Positions 1-8,771 of a DNA stretch of 24,811 nt are shown here, in pieces. The position numbers and the translations under genes were made by a program. The notes beneath the pieces are model-generated. The model had not been told where the DNA came from, searched no databases, and saw nothing but the letters and a program-made list of their open reading frames with translations. Source of the stretch: Geobacter sp. UBA4057 (GTDB taxonomy: Bacteria; Desulfobacterota; Desulfuromonadia; Geobacterales; Pseudopelobacteraceae); the NCBI GenBank assembly GCA_002382705.1, contig DFZL01000031.1, positions 1 to 24,811 on the forward strand. Direction: 5' to 3'. How positions within the stretch are numbered: position 1 is the first letter of the stretch; the number at the start of each line of letters is the position of its first letter.

Positions 1-370
1 TGATCCGATTTTCTTTTCCGATCAGGATCGGTATCGCCTTTACCTGATCTTCCAATATGCTGTTGAAAGGTTTGACTGCCGGATACATGCTTTTTGCCTG
101 ATGAGAAACCATAACCACCTCGCCGTTCAGACAGGTGACATTACGCTGTCCCGGATTATGCAAAACATCTCACTTCGCTTCACAAAGTGGATCAATTACA
201 CTCAATCTCGTACCGGACATCTTTTTCAAGGCCGATACCGCCAGGTTAAGGAAAACGCTGCTCTGGGTAAAGGACGAAAACGGATCAAAAAGGGTGCTGA
301 TACAGTTCTGAAATTCAGCCCGGAGAGAGGATGCTTTTCGCTTCGTCCCCATATTCGCCGTTCTCCTTGA
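1..370 (+). pseudogene. REP-associated tyrosine transposase (RAYT / IS200-IS605-like Y1 HuH transposase, COG1943). The 5' end is cut by the window edge and the C-terminal tail after the catalytic Tyr diverges, so it is possibly degenerate.
   Basis: The reading frame is open from base 2 and runs into the listed ORF 101..370. Its translation contains ...RFDCRIHAFCLMRNHNHLAV (HuH-type motif HNH preceded by CLM.NH, as in the LMPNHVHLL motif) and ...MQNISLRFTKWINYTQSRTGHLFQGRYRQ. The latter matches the RAYT catalytic region (...RTG.LW.GRY..) with the Tyr about 40 aa after the HuH. There is no NPV-type motif after the Tyr and the gene overlaps the 3' end of the neighbouring gene by 56 bp. Confidence 0.7.
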
Positions 371-1037
371 AGATTATCAGCGGAGATAGCGCCTCGGGCG
401 CCCCTTTTCTCCCCTTTGCCAGCTCTGCCAGAAAAATATTGGCGGACGTTCCCATCTTCCCGTGAACCATCCTGATTCTGAGAAGTTGCAGCTTGAGTCC
501 GGAGGCCAGATGCATGAACTCCTGGAGGCGGTCAGGGTGGTACACGAAAAAAATCCTCCCTGATGGCTTTACCAGATATTTCGCTGCGCAAAGAAAATCT
601 CCGATTCCGGCTCCCGATTCGTGACGGGCTGTGTCCCGCCCTTTTCTGGGGCTGATCCTGCCGCTTTCAGGTGTGCGGAAAGGGGGATTCGAGACGACGC
701 AGTCAAAGCTTGAAACCGGGAAGAGTCTCCTTATATCAAGGATGTCATTTTCAAATATCCCGACTCTTTCCGAGAGATTGTTAAGCATTGCGTTTTCCCT
801 GGCGAGAAGAGCCATGTCGCTGTTTTTCTCTATCCCGGCTATTGTCGCATGCCCGAACCTGCGGGCAAGGATGAGTGAGATGACCCCGCAACCTGCACCA
901 AGATCGGCTATGGCTGGCGCTTTTGCATCTGTTGATACAAAATCGGCCAGAAGCAGCGGGTCGAGAGAGAATCTGTAGCCTGTAGCAGGCTGGACAATTT
1001 TCAGGTTGAACCGTTTAAGTTCATCTGCTGTTTTCAT
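315..1037 (-). CDS. Class I SAM-dependent methyltransferase, tRNA (adenine-N6)-methyltransferase-like (TrmN6/YfiC family).
   Basis: 240 aa. The N-terminus FNLKIVQPATGYRFSLDPLLLADF resembles the TrmN6/YfiC signature. A Gly-rich SAM motif DLGAGCGVISLILA and the N6-adenine/amino MTase catalytic motif NPPF (VVSNPPFR) are present. Confidence 0.7.
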   Translation of the reverse strand: MKTADELKRFNLKIVQPATGYRFSLDPLLLADFVSTDAKAPAIADLGAGCGVISLILARRFGHATIAGIEKNSDMALLARENAMLNNLSERVGIFENDILDIRRLFPVSSFDCVVSNPPFRTPESGRISPRKGRDTARHESGAGIGDFLCAAKYLVKPSGRIFFVYHPDRLQEFMHLASGLKLQLLRIRMVHGKMGTSANIFLAELAKGRKGAPEALSPLIIFKENGEYGDEAKSILSPG

Positions 1038-1042
1038 CTTTC

Positions 1043-1215
1043 CCTTTTCTGCTCATTGCGACTGTATTCCAAACTGTTTAAGCAACCTTTGGTAATCGCG
1101 GGAACAGTATTGACTGCCACGATCCGGATGATGAATCAGTCCCTCTGACGGATGTTTTGCTTTTACCGCATTAAACAGCGCTTTACCAACCAACTCCCTG
1201 GTCATCCGCTCACAG
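1043..1215 (-). pseudogene. IS3-family transposase OrfB (rve/DDE integrase core) C-terminal fragment; an IS remnant.
   Basis: Minus-strand translation of about 1215->1043 gives YCERMTRELVGKALFNAVKAKHPSEGLIHHPDRGSQYCSRDYQRLLKQFGIQSQ*. The (L)IHHSDRGSQY(T/C)S...Y..LL...GI motif is characteristic of IS3 OrfB integrase cores. It is bounded upstream by in-frame stops (TAA TAT), is only about 57 codons long and abuts the MTase start. Confidence 0.65.
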
Positions 1216-1244
1216 TAATATTAGGGCAGCTTGTTTCCGTGCGG

Positions 1245-3776
1245 TCAGGAGGGGCAATTTTTATCTTTTTTCCTCCACTCCCTCATCAGCATTAAACCGA
1301 AAAACCCGAAAGAGGCCAGTGTCAGGTTCTTCCCGATCCTGAAAGGGAGAGGATCGTAGACAAACTCGATCCTGTGTCTCCCCTCTTTCAGGTAGACGCC
1401 GCGAAGTACATGATTCACCGGGACTATCCCGGCGCTTTTACCGTCTATTCTGCATCTCCATCCCAGGTCATATTTTTCTCCAAGAACAAGAAGCGCGTCG
1501 GTCGGAGCATCCGCCTTTAAAACTATCCGCTCCCCTTCATACAGCTCGGTCACAACTCTGTCAGGCAAAATTTCCCTGATATTTCCACCTGGCGCTGCCG
1601 GGAGGGGAAAGGGGGGAGGGGAGTCAACCAGGGCGACAGCTTTCGGATTGAACTCCGGGTTCTTCAGAAGGGAGAGTCTCTTCGCCGTATCGCCAGCCAC
1701 TTCGACTGCCGGAACAAGCCACCCTTTGGGGAGCACTCTGCTGTTTTCCAGAATTACCTGGTCACTTCCGGAGTCACTGAAAACTGGCCGGTATTTTGAA
1801 GGGATATACGCTTTCTGCACCAGATAGTCGTTTTTTTTCAATATCAGATATCTGACATTAAGCATGTCCGGCATCGGCCCAGCCAGTGTAAAGCTCTCAA
1901 GAAACTCCTGCCAGCGCCTCTGCTGCACCGCGTTTGGGGTGAACATGACAGGTATGTTGCGGGAGGCGTATATCATCGGATCGCTCCCGTCCATAGGGAG
2001 TACCCGGTAAATCGGGGGAATGGCAGAGAGAAACGCAATTTCAGGGGGAATTGCGACGTTTCCCCCCGGTTTTTGAGGCGGCGGCACCAGAAATATGAAT
2101 TTTGAATCCACTCTGTAAACATCCACGGCGAAGATTGCGAGAAGAATCCATGGGAGATATTTTGCCGCCTTATTTCCGGTAAATGGCAATCTTGCGAGAG
2201 CGAGAAGGTATCTTCTCCCGGAGAGGGTGTCTTGAGACCCGGTTTTACAGCTGTTCACAAGAGGAGCCTGGAATGCCAGAAATACTGCCGCATAAATCGC
2301 TGAAATCACGGTTGCAACCGATGTTTCCGCCATGATGTTTTCCCACCGGCGAATGACCAGTCCCCCCCCCTGCCCGTACCGGGTCAGTTGAGAGAGGTTA
2401 TCAATGAAAGCCGGTATCCATCCTCCTGCTCCAGCTTTTTCGGCTGCAAGAGCCGAAAGCAGAATGACCGGAAGAGCGAGAATGCCGAGAAGATATTTTC
2501 TGAAAGCAATGGTGGCGCGCACCTCGTCATCCATCAGCAGATCGATCCCGCGCGCCGCAAGTATTGCAATCGCAGTCAGAGGGATGAACATCATCATCTT
2601 CGGAACCCTGAAATGATTTATTCCGGGGAAGTAATCGTAGAGGAAATTGTAAAAGGGGGTGTACTTCCCCATTGAGAAGAGAATCCCCCCTGCTATTCCT
2701 GCCGAGAGAATCCAGCTGTATATGTCCCGCCTGAAAATTAACGGGAGCGGGAGAAGAAGCCAGGGGAGAAGACCGAAATAGTCGGTTGTCTGCGTAAAGC
2801 GCATTCTCCCCCAGTAGTAAGCATCTATGTTTTTCGGATTTTCTCCGGCCTCCTGTCTTGAAAAACCGAAAAAACCAGGAATGATGAAGGTCGATATCTC
2901 TTCCGGAGGGAGCGACCATGACATTGCCTCATCCCTGTCAAGCCCTCCTCTTGTGCCTGCTGATCCGCTGTCAGAGCCGCTCTGAACTCCGCGATTGGTC
3001 TCTTTTGACCAGTCGGCCAGGGGGAGGAGCGAGATCGAGACCGTTGAAAGAAAAAATATGAGGAGAAAGGCGTTGTAAAATAAGAGCCTTGCGGCTTCAT
3101 TCCTGTTGAATTCCGGTTTGATGATCGAGGAAACTAATCTCGCCATCCCGTAAGCGGCGATGGAGAGGCAGGTGTAAAAGGCGATCTGCCAGTGGGTGTT
3201 GAAGAACTGGAATGCCAGAACTACCGAAGTGGAGAGGAAAAAAATCAGGCGCCTGGTCTGAAAACCTCGCTCAAGGAGATAGAATGCCCACGGCGCGTAT
3301 GAAATAGTGGCTATCTTCATGACATGGCCTGCATTTATCAGGGAGGCCAGCTCAGGGGCGAGCGCGAATATCGCCCCGCCGGCAAAGGCCGCCAGACGTC
3401 CGGTTTTTATCGCGCGGCAGCAGAAGTATACACCGGCTGCTCCAAAGAAGAGGTGAAGCACGATGAACCAGGCTATTGAAGAGGGGAGCGGTAGTATGCT
3501 GAAGAGCAACTTTTTCCATATCAAAAATCCGATCGACGCGTCCCCTCCGCCTACCGAATAGCCGCTGTTTATCAAAGGGCTCCATGAGGCCTTCAGATTT
3601 ATCCGGAATGCTTCGATCAGGCTTGAATTCGCGATGTCCCTGACATTCCAGTAGAATTCGTTGATTATGTCCGGTGCGCGTATGATTTCTGAGGTGAAAA
3701 GCATCCTGGAGTAGAATGCAAGAAGAAGGAGAAGGAGAGCGGATAAAAAAATCGAATCAATTCCCCGTTTTCTCAT
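1245..3776 (-). CDS. Large polytopic membrane protein, YfhO/GT-C-fold glycosyltransferase-like (extracytoplasmic glycosylation), with a C-terminal soluble domain.
   Basis: The ORF track gives 1245..3872 from a TTG start. The in-frame ATG at 3776 (MRKRGIDSIFLSALLLLLLAF...) is preceded by GGGGGGG and overlaps the upstream GT4 stop by only 20 bp. The N-terminal two-thirds carries many hydrophobic TM segments (about 13) and the C-terminal third (about 280 aa) is hydrophilic. The size and architecture match the YfhO family. No WWDYG (STT3/PglB) motif is seen. Confidence 0.5.
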   Translation of the reverse strand: MRKRGIDSIFLSALLLLLLAFYSRMLFTSEIIRAPDIINEFYWNVRDIANSSLIEAFRINLKASWSPLINSGYSVGGGDASIGFLIWKKLLFSILPLPSSIAWFIVLHLFFGAAGVYFCCRAIKTGRLAAFAGGAIFALAPELASLINAGHVMKIATISYAPWAFYLLERGFQTRRLIFFLSTSVVLAFQFFNTHWQIAFYTCLSIAAYGMARLVSSIIKPEFNRNEAARLLFYNAFLLIFFLSTVSISLLPLADWSKETNRGVQSGSDSGSAGTRGGLDRDEAMSWSLPPEEISTFIIPGFFGFSRQEAGENPKNIDAYYWGRMRFTQTTDYFGLLPWLLLPLPLIFRRDIYSWILSAGIAGGILFSMGKYTPFYNFLYDYFPGINHFRVPKMMMFIPLTAIAILAARGIDLLMDDEVRATIAFRKYLLGILALPVILLSALAAEKAGAGGWIPAFIDNLSQLTRYGQGGGLVIRRWENIMAETSVATVISAIYAAVFLAFQAPLVNSCKTGSQDTLSGRRYLLALARLPFTGNKAAKYLPWILLAIFAVDVYRVDSKFIFLVPPPQKPGGNVAIPPEIAFLSAIPPIYRVLPMDGSDPMIYASRNIPVMFTPNAVQQRRWQEFLESFTLAGPMPDMLNVRYLILKKNDYLVQKAYIPSKYRPVFSDSGSDQVILENSRVLPKGWLVPAVEVAGDTAKRLSLLKNPEFNPKAVALVDSPPPFPLPAAPGGNIREILPDRVVTELYEGERIVLKADAPTDALLVLGEKYDLGWRCRIDGKSAGIVPVNHVLRGVYLKEGRHRIEFVYDPLPFRIGKNLTLASFGFFGLMLMREWRKKDKNCPS

Positions 3777-4962
3777 TGCGCCCCCCGGAATAAAAATCGA
3801 GAAGTTTTTCAGCGTAAATCCCCCACGAAAATTTTTCCTGCATTCGCTTTCTTGCGGCATTTCCGATTTCAAGCCGTTTTGCCGGATTATTTACCAGCAG
3901 GACGACCGCTTGAGCCATCTCCACGGTGTTTCCCGGTTTGCAGAGGATGCCAGTCTCTCCATGCTCGATATATGAAACCGCCTCGCCTGTAGCGTCGGCT
4001 GCCACAGGGAGCCCTGCGGAGAGTAGCTCTGCCAGCTTTGCAGGGCATTTTGCACGGTTTAGCATCGTGTCGTCCATCAGATATACCCCAAGATCGGCGG
4101 CCGCGATATAGTCGGCTGTCTCTTCCGGCCTGATCCAGCCGGCCATGACCAGATTTCCGCTGAATCCGGCCTTAACCGATGCTTCCATCAGGAGTTCCTC
4201 TTCACCGTTTCTCCCTTCTCCCGCCACAAGCATGACAAGATCAGGCAGAAGCCGGTGTATTTCAGAAAAGAGCAGATGAAGTCGTTTCTGACCGAATTCG
4301 AAAAACCGGGTATAGAGGAGAAGCAGATTTTTATCCGGCGGAATTCCCAGCCTCTTCCTGACTCTTTCTCCATCTCCTTTTTCAGGAATGGCTACGCAGT
4401 TAGGGAGGTAAAGTATGCTCTTCACCGGCAGATTCATTGCCGTTGCGATCTTTTCAAGCTCCCTGCTCGCCACTGTAACCCCCCTGGCGTGTTTAGTCAG
4501 CCACCACTCCTGAAGCGAAAATACAAGCTTCTCCGATGTTGAATAATGGTGCAGTTCGTTCATCCCCCCTCTCCCCTCACGATCGTCGCAGTCGAGGAAA
4601 AGCGGGGGGAGAGCTGTTCCTAAACGCTTTAAAAGCAGAACAAGCATAGCCGCCAGACCGGAATACCCCTTTGGTTTGAAGATGTGTATAAGATCGGCTT
4701 TTTCAGAGAGAGCAGCTTTGAAAAGCCGCCAGGAGATGATAAAGGCACCGGTGATTTTCCCGCATTTCGGAAGAGAGATATTGACAAGCCGGACACCTTT
4801 GACCGTTTCAATCTTCCCTGAATCTTCCGGGTTGGTGTAGGGGGGCGCGATTACGGTGACTGAATGCCCCTGTTTCTCGAGCTCCGCGGCAAGCGGGAGC
4901 ATCCTGGCTGGGACAGTCCCTTTCGGCCTGATGCCGAACGGAGCAAGAAAGAGTATCTTCAT
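3757..4962 (-). CDS. GT4-family (GT-B fold, retaining) glycosyltransferase.
   Basis: 401 aa with a true ATG start. The N-terminus MKILFLAPFG... is typical of GT4, and the C-terminal E-x7-E region EHGETGILCKPGNTVEMAQAV is present. Its start overlaps the upstream GT2 stop as ATGA. Confidence 0.85.
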   Translation of the reverse strand: MKILFLAPFGIRPKGTVPARMLPLAAELEKQGHSVTVIAPPYTNPEDSGKIETVKGVRLVNISLPKCGKITGAFIISWRLFKAALSEKADLIHIFKPKGYSGLAAMLVLLLKRLGTALPPLFLDCDDREGRGGMNELHHYSTSEKLVFSLQEWWLTKHARGVTVASRELEKIATAMNLPVKSILYLPNCVAIPEKGDGERVRKRLGIPPDKNLLLLYTRFFEFGQKRLHLLFSEIHRLLPDLVMLVAGEGRNGEEELLMEASVKAGFSGNLVMAGWIRPEETADYIAAADLGVYLMDDTMLNRAKCPAKLAELLSAGLPVAADATGEAVSYIEHGETGILCKPGNTVEMAQAVVLLVNNPAKRLEIGNAARKRMQEKFSWGIYAEKLLDFYSGGRNEKTGN

Positions 4963-5945
4963 GCTCCGCTCCTCATCTTGCGTCTGAAAATCTTCCAGGG
5001 GGAAGGCGGGGGGAGCAGCAGGGCGTTCGCCTTTCGTGCAGGGATTTTCACAAGCTTCCTTATCTCTCTTCTTTTTTCCAGAATCGCGCGAAAATCGGCT
5101 ATCACGCTGATTCTTGCTTTGATGGCCGCCCAGCCTCTCCCTTTGACGGCGGCAAGCAGTATCGATGCCGCGTCATGAAGAAGAATTTCAGGAAGGTGCC
5201 GGGCGATCAGAGGAAATGGCCAGTTTTTGACTATTGTCCGCCATTTGTTCCGGTGCGTATGATAGACAGTGAAATCGCTCATCCGGCCTGAAGTAGCCGA
5301 ATGGATATGATATGCGACCCCCTTCGGGGCTGCCAGAGCTCTCCATCCGGCCAATACGGCTCTCCATGCCAGGTCCATGTCTTCGTAATATGCGAAGAAC
5401 TCCGGGTCGAAAAAGCCTGTTTCAGAGATCATGCTCCGTCTGTAGAGTGCGGCTCCGGCGCAGGCCCCGAAGATATATCTCTCCCTGTCATATTGGCCTC
5501 TGTCGGCCTCCCCGGCTCCGATGCTGACCGCGGTGCCGTTGCTGGCCGGGTATATGCCGACGGAATCGATCATGTCCCTTTTATGATAATCGAGCATTTT
5601 CGCCGCCACGATTCCTGTTTTGCAGCTCTTCTCCGCTACCTTCAGAAGCTCTTCGAGGAAATTTTCAGAAACTTTTGTATCGTTATTCAGGGTTACTATG
5701 TATTCTCCGCAGGATACCGCGAAACCTCTGTTGTTCCCTCCGGCGAAGCCCAGATTTTCAGAGAGCGCCACTATTCTGACCCAGGGGTAATTTTCGCGCA
5801 GATAGTCAACCGATCCGTCAGAGGAGCCGTTGTCCACGAGTATGGCCTCGAACTGCCGGAAGCTCTGGACGCGAAGCGAGTCGAGACACTCCTTCAGGAG
5901 CTTCTTTCCGTTGTAGTTAAGAATTATGACCGATATACGAATCAT
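4959..5945 (-). CDS. GT2-family glycosyltransferase (GT-A fold).
   Basis: The ORF track extends to 6092, but the likely start is the ATG at 5945 (MIRISVIILNYNGKKLL...) with AGGAA 8 nt upstream, which avoids a 100-bp overlap with the upstream gene. Motifs present: VDNGSSDGS, NLGFAGGNNRG and the DXD-like NNDT. Confidence 0.8.
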   Translation of the reverse strand: MIRISVIILNYNGKKLLKECLDSLRVQSFRQFEAILVDNGSSDGSVDYLRENYPWVRIVALSENLGFAGGNNRGFAVSCGEYIVTLNNDTKVSENFLEELLKVAEKSCKTGIVAAKMLDYHKRDMIDSVGIYPASNGTAVSIGAGEADRGQYDRERYIFGACAGAALYRRSMISETGFFDPEFFAYYEDMDLAWRAVLAGWRALAAPKGVAYHIHSATSGRMSDFTVYHTHRNKWRTIVKNWPFPLIARHLPEILLHDAASILLAAVKGRGWAAIKARISVIADFRAILEKRREIRKLVKIPARKANALLLPPPSPWKIFRRKMRSGA

Positions 5946-5989
5946 GTTGCATTCCTGATCAAATGCCCAGACAGAAGGGATTCGCCTGT

Positions 5990-6940
5990 TCAGCGCGCCT
6001 TTGTTTCCGGCTGGCCAGAGCCGGAGAAGTGAAGCAGCGAGACTGCGCCGAGCATAAAATATCTGCCGCGCTTCGGAAACCTGGTGCGGCACGCATTGAA
6101 AATATGGCGTCTCCCTTTTGCGATCTCCCCCTCAAGAATCAGCGCCTTTCCGTAGTCAGCTTCATGAAGCGCCAGCGGAGCGGCAAAGCCGATTCTGCGC
6201 TCTTCAAGCCGGTTTCTGTTTTCAGAGACAAAATCTTTTATGACTTTCCATTTTGCTTCGTGCATCCCCAATGCGTCGCGGCTCGTGTTTGAGTCATGCT
6301 GCCGGCAGAGTGCGTGGCATTTGTCGATAAAACCGAACTTTACCCCTGAAATGGCGAGTCTCAGGAAAAAATCCCAGTCTTCGTTTCGGGCAAGGGAGGT
6401 ATTGAAGCCGTTAACCCTTACTGCGGCCGTTTTCCTGAAAAGGGGGGAATTGACGGTTATGAAGTTGCCGTACAGGAGATTCTCAAGAATGTCACCTTCC
6501 GAAGTCTGCCGTTTTACGGCGAAAGTTCCGTTTTCTTTCTCCCCGCGGAAATAAGCGGCTTTTGAATATACCGCGTCATATCCTCTCCGCTCTTCAAGAA
6601 ATGCGACCTGATCCCCGATTTTGTCCGGAGTGAGGAGGTCGTCGGAATCAAGAAACGAGATGTAAGCGCCAGATGAGATATCGATCCCCCTGTTTCTCGC
6701 CGCGGATCGTTCGAGGTTATCCTGACGGAGGCAGATAACGCCGTCGAATGATCCTGCTATCTCTCTTGTGGCGTCGGTTGAACCGTCGTCCACGACGATG
6801 CATTCGACATTCGGGTAGCTCTGACCCAGGACGCTTTCAATCGCCTCTCTTATGAATTTTTCAGAGTTCATTGCCGGAATGACGACCGAAACCCTGGGAT
6901 GCGATGAATCAGAACTCTTTTTCGAGGCTCTTTCTGTCAT
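5990..6940 (-). CDS. GT2-family glycosyltransferase.
   Basis: 316 aa with an ATG start. Motifs present: VSVVIPAMNSEKFIREAIESVLGQSY, ECIVVDDGSTD and the DXD motif LDSDD. It is a paralog of the gene at 7854..8771, with the same N-terminal motif order. Confidence 0.85.
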   Translation of the reverse strand: MTERASKKSSDSSHPRVSVVIPAMNSEKFIREAIESVLGQSYPNVECIVVDDGSTDATREIAGSFDGVICLRQDNLERSAARNRGIDISSGAYISFLDSDDLLTPDKIGDQVAFLEERRGYDAVYSKAAYFRGEKENGTFAVKRQTSEGDILENLLYGNFITVNSPLFRKTAAVRVNGFNTSLARNEDWDFFLRLAISGVKFGFIDKCHALCRQHDSNTSRDALGMHEAKWKVIKDFVSENRNRLEERRIGFAAPLALHEADYGKALILEGEIAKGRRHIFNACRTRFPKRGRYFMLGAVSLLHFSGSGQPETKAR

Positions 6941-7857
6941 ACTGTTTCACATCTCCCGAACTTCCCTCTGAAATAGTCGAAAATGGCCAGCAGCATAGCT
7001 TTGATGCTGTGTAGTCGCCCCTCTCTTTTCGTGAAAATAATCCGCGCTATTTCCCGAGGGATGAGATTCAGAAGGTAATTCGCCAGAAAGAGGATATATA
7101 ACGGCGCCGGGGCGTTTTTCTTCATGAAAAGGATATTGTTTCTGGTCATGTAATACTTCACAAGCGGCGAACCTTCTCCACCGGTCGAGGCCGCCCCCTT
7201 GTGCCAGACCTTCGAGCCAGGGATGTAGAAAATTATGCAGCCGGTTTTGCGAGCTCTGACACACCAGTCGGTCTCTTCAAAATAGAGGAAAAATCTTTCG
7301 TCCATAAGACCTGTATTCCTTACGGTTTCACTCCTTATGAAGAAGCTGCATCCTGAGACGGTTTCAACCTCCCTTGTCTCATCGAATCTTCCGTCGTCTC
7401 TCTCGCCGTAACCTGTAAGCGAAGGTTGCCCCGTGATCCGGTTTATCCTCCCCCCGGCCGAATTGATAATCCCGGGAGTGTCGCTGAAGAGAATCTTCCC
7501 GCCGAAAATTCCCCCCTGCTTCATCTCGGCTGCTGCCGAAAGAAGATGTGAGAGCGCATCCGGAGCGACAGTCGTGTCGTTATTCAGAAGCCATATGTAT
7601 TCGGCGCCGTTTTCAAGCGCATACCGTATCCCTACGTTGTTTCCGCCGGCAAAACCGAGATTTTCGCTGTTTCTTATGATCGTTATTCCGGGGAAACGGA
7701 GTTGCAGTATCTCACAAGAGCCATCTGTCGAGGAGTTGTCAACTATGACGATCCGGAAGGCGTCACCCTGGAGGCAGAGGCATGACTCGACACATTCAGC
7801 TGTGTCGCTCCAGCCGTTCCAGTTGAGGATTATGATAAAGCAGCTCTCCCTTTTCAT
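6937..7857 (-). CDS. GT2-family glycosyltransferase (rhamnosyltransferase/WbbL-like subgroup).
   Basis: 306 aa. Motifs present: FIIILNWNGWSDT, IVIVDNSSTDGS, NLGFAGGNNVGIRYA and NNDT. ATGA overlaps at both ends. Confidence 0.85.
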   Translation of the reverse strand: MKRESCFIIILNWNGWSDTAECVESCLCLQGDAFRIVIVDNSSTDGSCEILQLRFPGITIIRNSENLGFAGGNNVGIRYALENGAEYIWLLNNDTTVAPDALSHLLSAAAEMKQGGIFGGKILFSDTPGIINSAGGRINRITGQPSLTGYGERDDGRFDETREVETVSGCSFFIRSETVRNTGLMDERFFLYFEETDWCVRARKTGCIIFYIPGSKVWHKGAASTGGEGSPLVKYYMTRNNILFMKKNAPAPLYILFLANYLLNLIPREIARIIFTKREGRLHSIKAMLLAIFDYFRGKFGRCETV

Positions 7858-8771
7858 CTTTTTTTAATGATGCGGTCTGCCGCAAGGTAAAGAGCGTAGA
7901 GCAGGGATTTCGGCCTGAGCGCGCTTAGAGAGAGAGCTGCCGCGTCAATCAGGGCTGGCAGCGTCTCCCCGCTCTTTATCCTTTCATACGCCATCAGAAG
8001 TCTTGCCGTATCAAGATGCCTCATATTCGTTTTTTTCAAGGCGCTGTTTTCGAGAAGATTGCCAAGCTCTGCCCGCAAATCATGATGCGCTTTAATCATT
8101 GAGCTGAAATCGCCGCTTATGTTCCGGTCGTGAATCCTTATAAGGGTTGCGGAGCCCGCAGGGTCGAAGCGTCTGAATCTGGCGCCTTTCATCGCGCATC
8201 TAAGCCAGAATTCCCAATCTTCAAGGTGTCGCATATTCTCCTTGAACATGCCGTATCTGGAGAATACCGAAGAGCGGATGAGAGGGGATGAGATGACGAG
8301 GCCGTTTCTCTCTATCATGCCGCGGAGGAAGGCTTCGTCCGATTCTTCCGATGCCTGTCCGGCAAAGAGGTCGCCGCATCCTTCCTTTTCATCCCTGAAA
8401 TATGAAGCCTGACCGTAAACTATGTCCGTATCATGGTTCACATCAAGAAAAGCCTTATGTTCCGCGATCTTGTCAATTTCCAGAAGATCGTCTGCGTCCA
8501 GAAGCTGGATGTACTCTCCGGAAGAGCTTCTTATCCCTCTGTTTCTTGCTGCGGATACCCCGAGGTTTTCCTGGCGGATGTAGAGGAGTCTCGGCTCTTT
8601 TTGCGCCATCCGGTTGACTGTTTCAGCGCTGTTGTCGGTAGAGCCGTCGTCAACCACGATGCATTCTATATGGCTGTAACTCTGCCCGAGCGCCGATTCT
8701 ATCGCCTCCGGAAGATATCTGGCGTAATTGCGGGTCGGAATTATGACCGATACAAGCGGCTCCGCTCTCAT
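7854..8771 (-). CDS. GT2-family glycosyltransferase (paralog of 5990..6940).
   Basis: 305 aa. Motifs present: VSVIIPTRNYARYLPEAIESALGQSY, ECIVVDDGSTDNS, SAARNRGI and LDADD. ATGA overlaps at both ends. Confidence 0.85.
   Translation of the reverse strand: MRAEPLVSVIIPTRNYARYLPEAIESALGQSYSHIECIVVDDGSTDNSAETVNRMAQKEPRLLYIRQENLGVSAARNRGIRSSSGEYIQLLDADDLLEIDKIAEHKAFLDVNHDTDIVYGQASYFRDEKEGCGDLFAGQASEESDEAFLRGMIERNGLVISSPLIRSSVFSRYGMFKENMRHLEDWEFWLRCAMKGARFRRFDPAGSATLIRIHDRNISGDFSSMIKAHHDLRAELGNLLENSALKKTNMRHLDTARLLMAYERIKSGETLPALIDAAALSLSALRPKSLLYALYLAADRIIKKR

Noticed and set aside
5301-6032. 243-aa plus-strand ORF antisense to the GT2 gene; similar long antisense ORFs at 23492..24211(-) and 23214..23687(-) inside tkt, 631..978(+) inside the MTase, and 2388..2919 inside the YfhO-like gene.
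   Set aside because: They are shadow ORFs opposite well-supported genes in GC-rich DNA. Their products are Arg/Pro/Ser-rich low-complexity sequences with no recognisable motifs.
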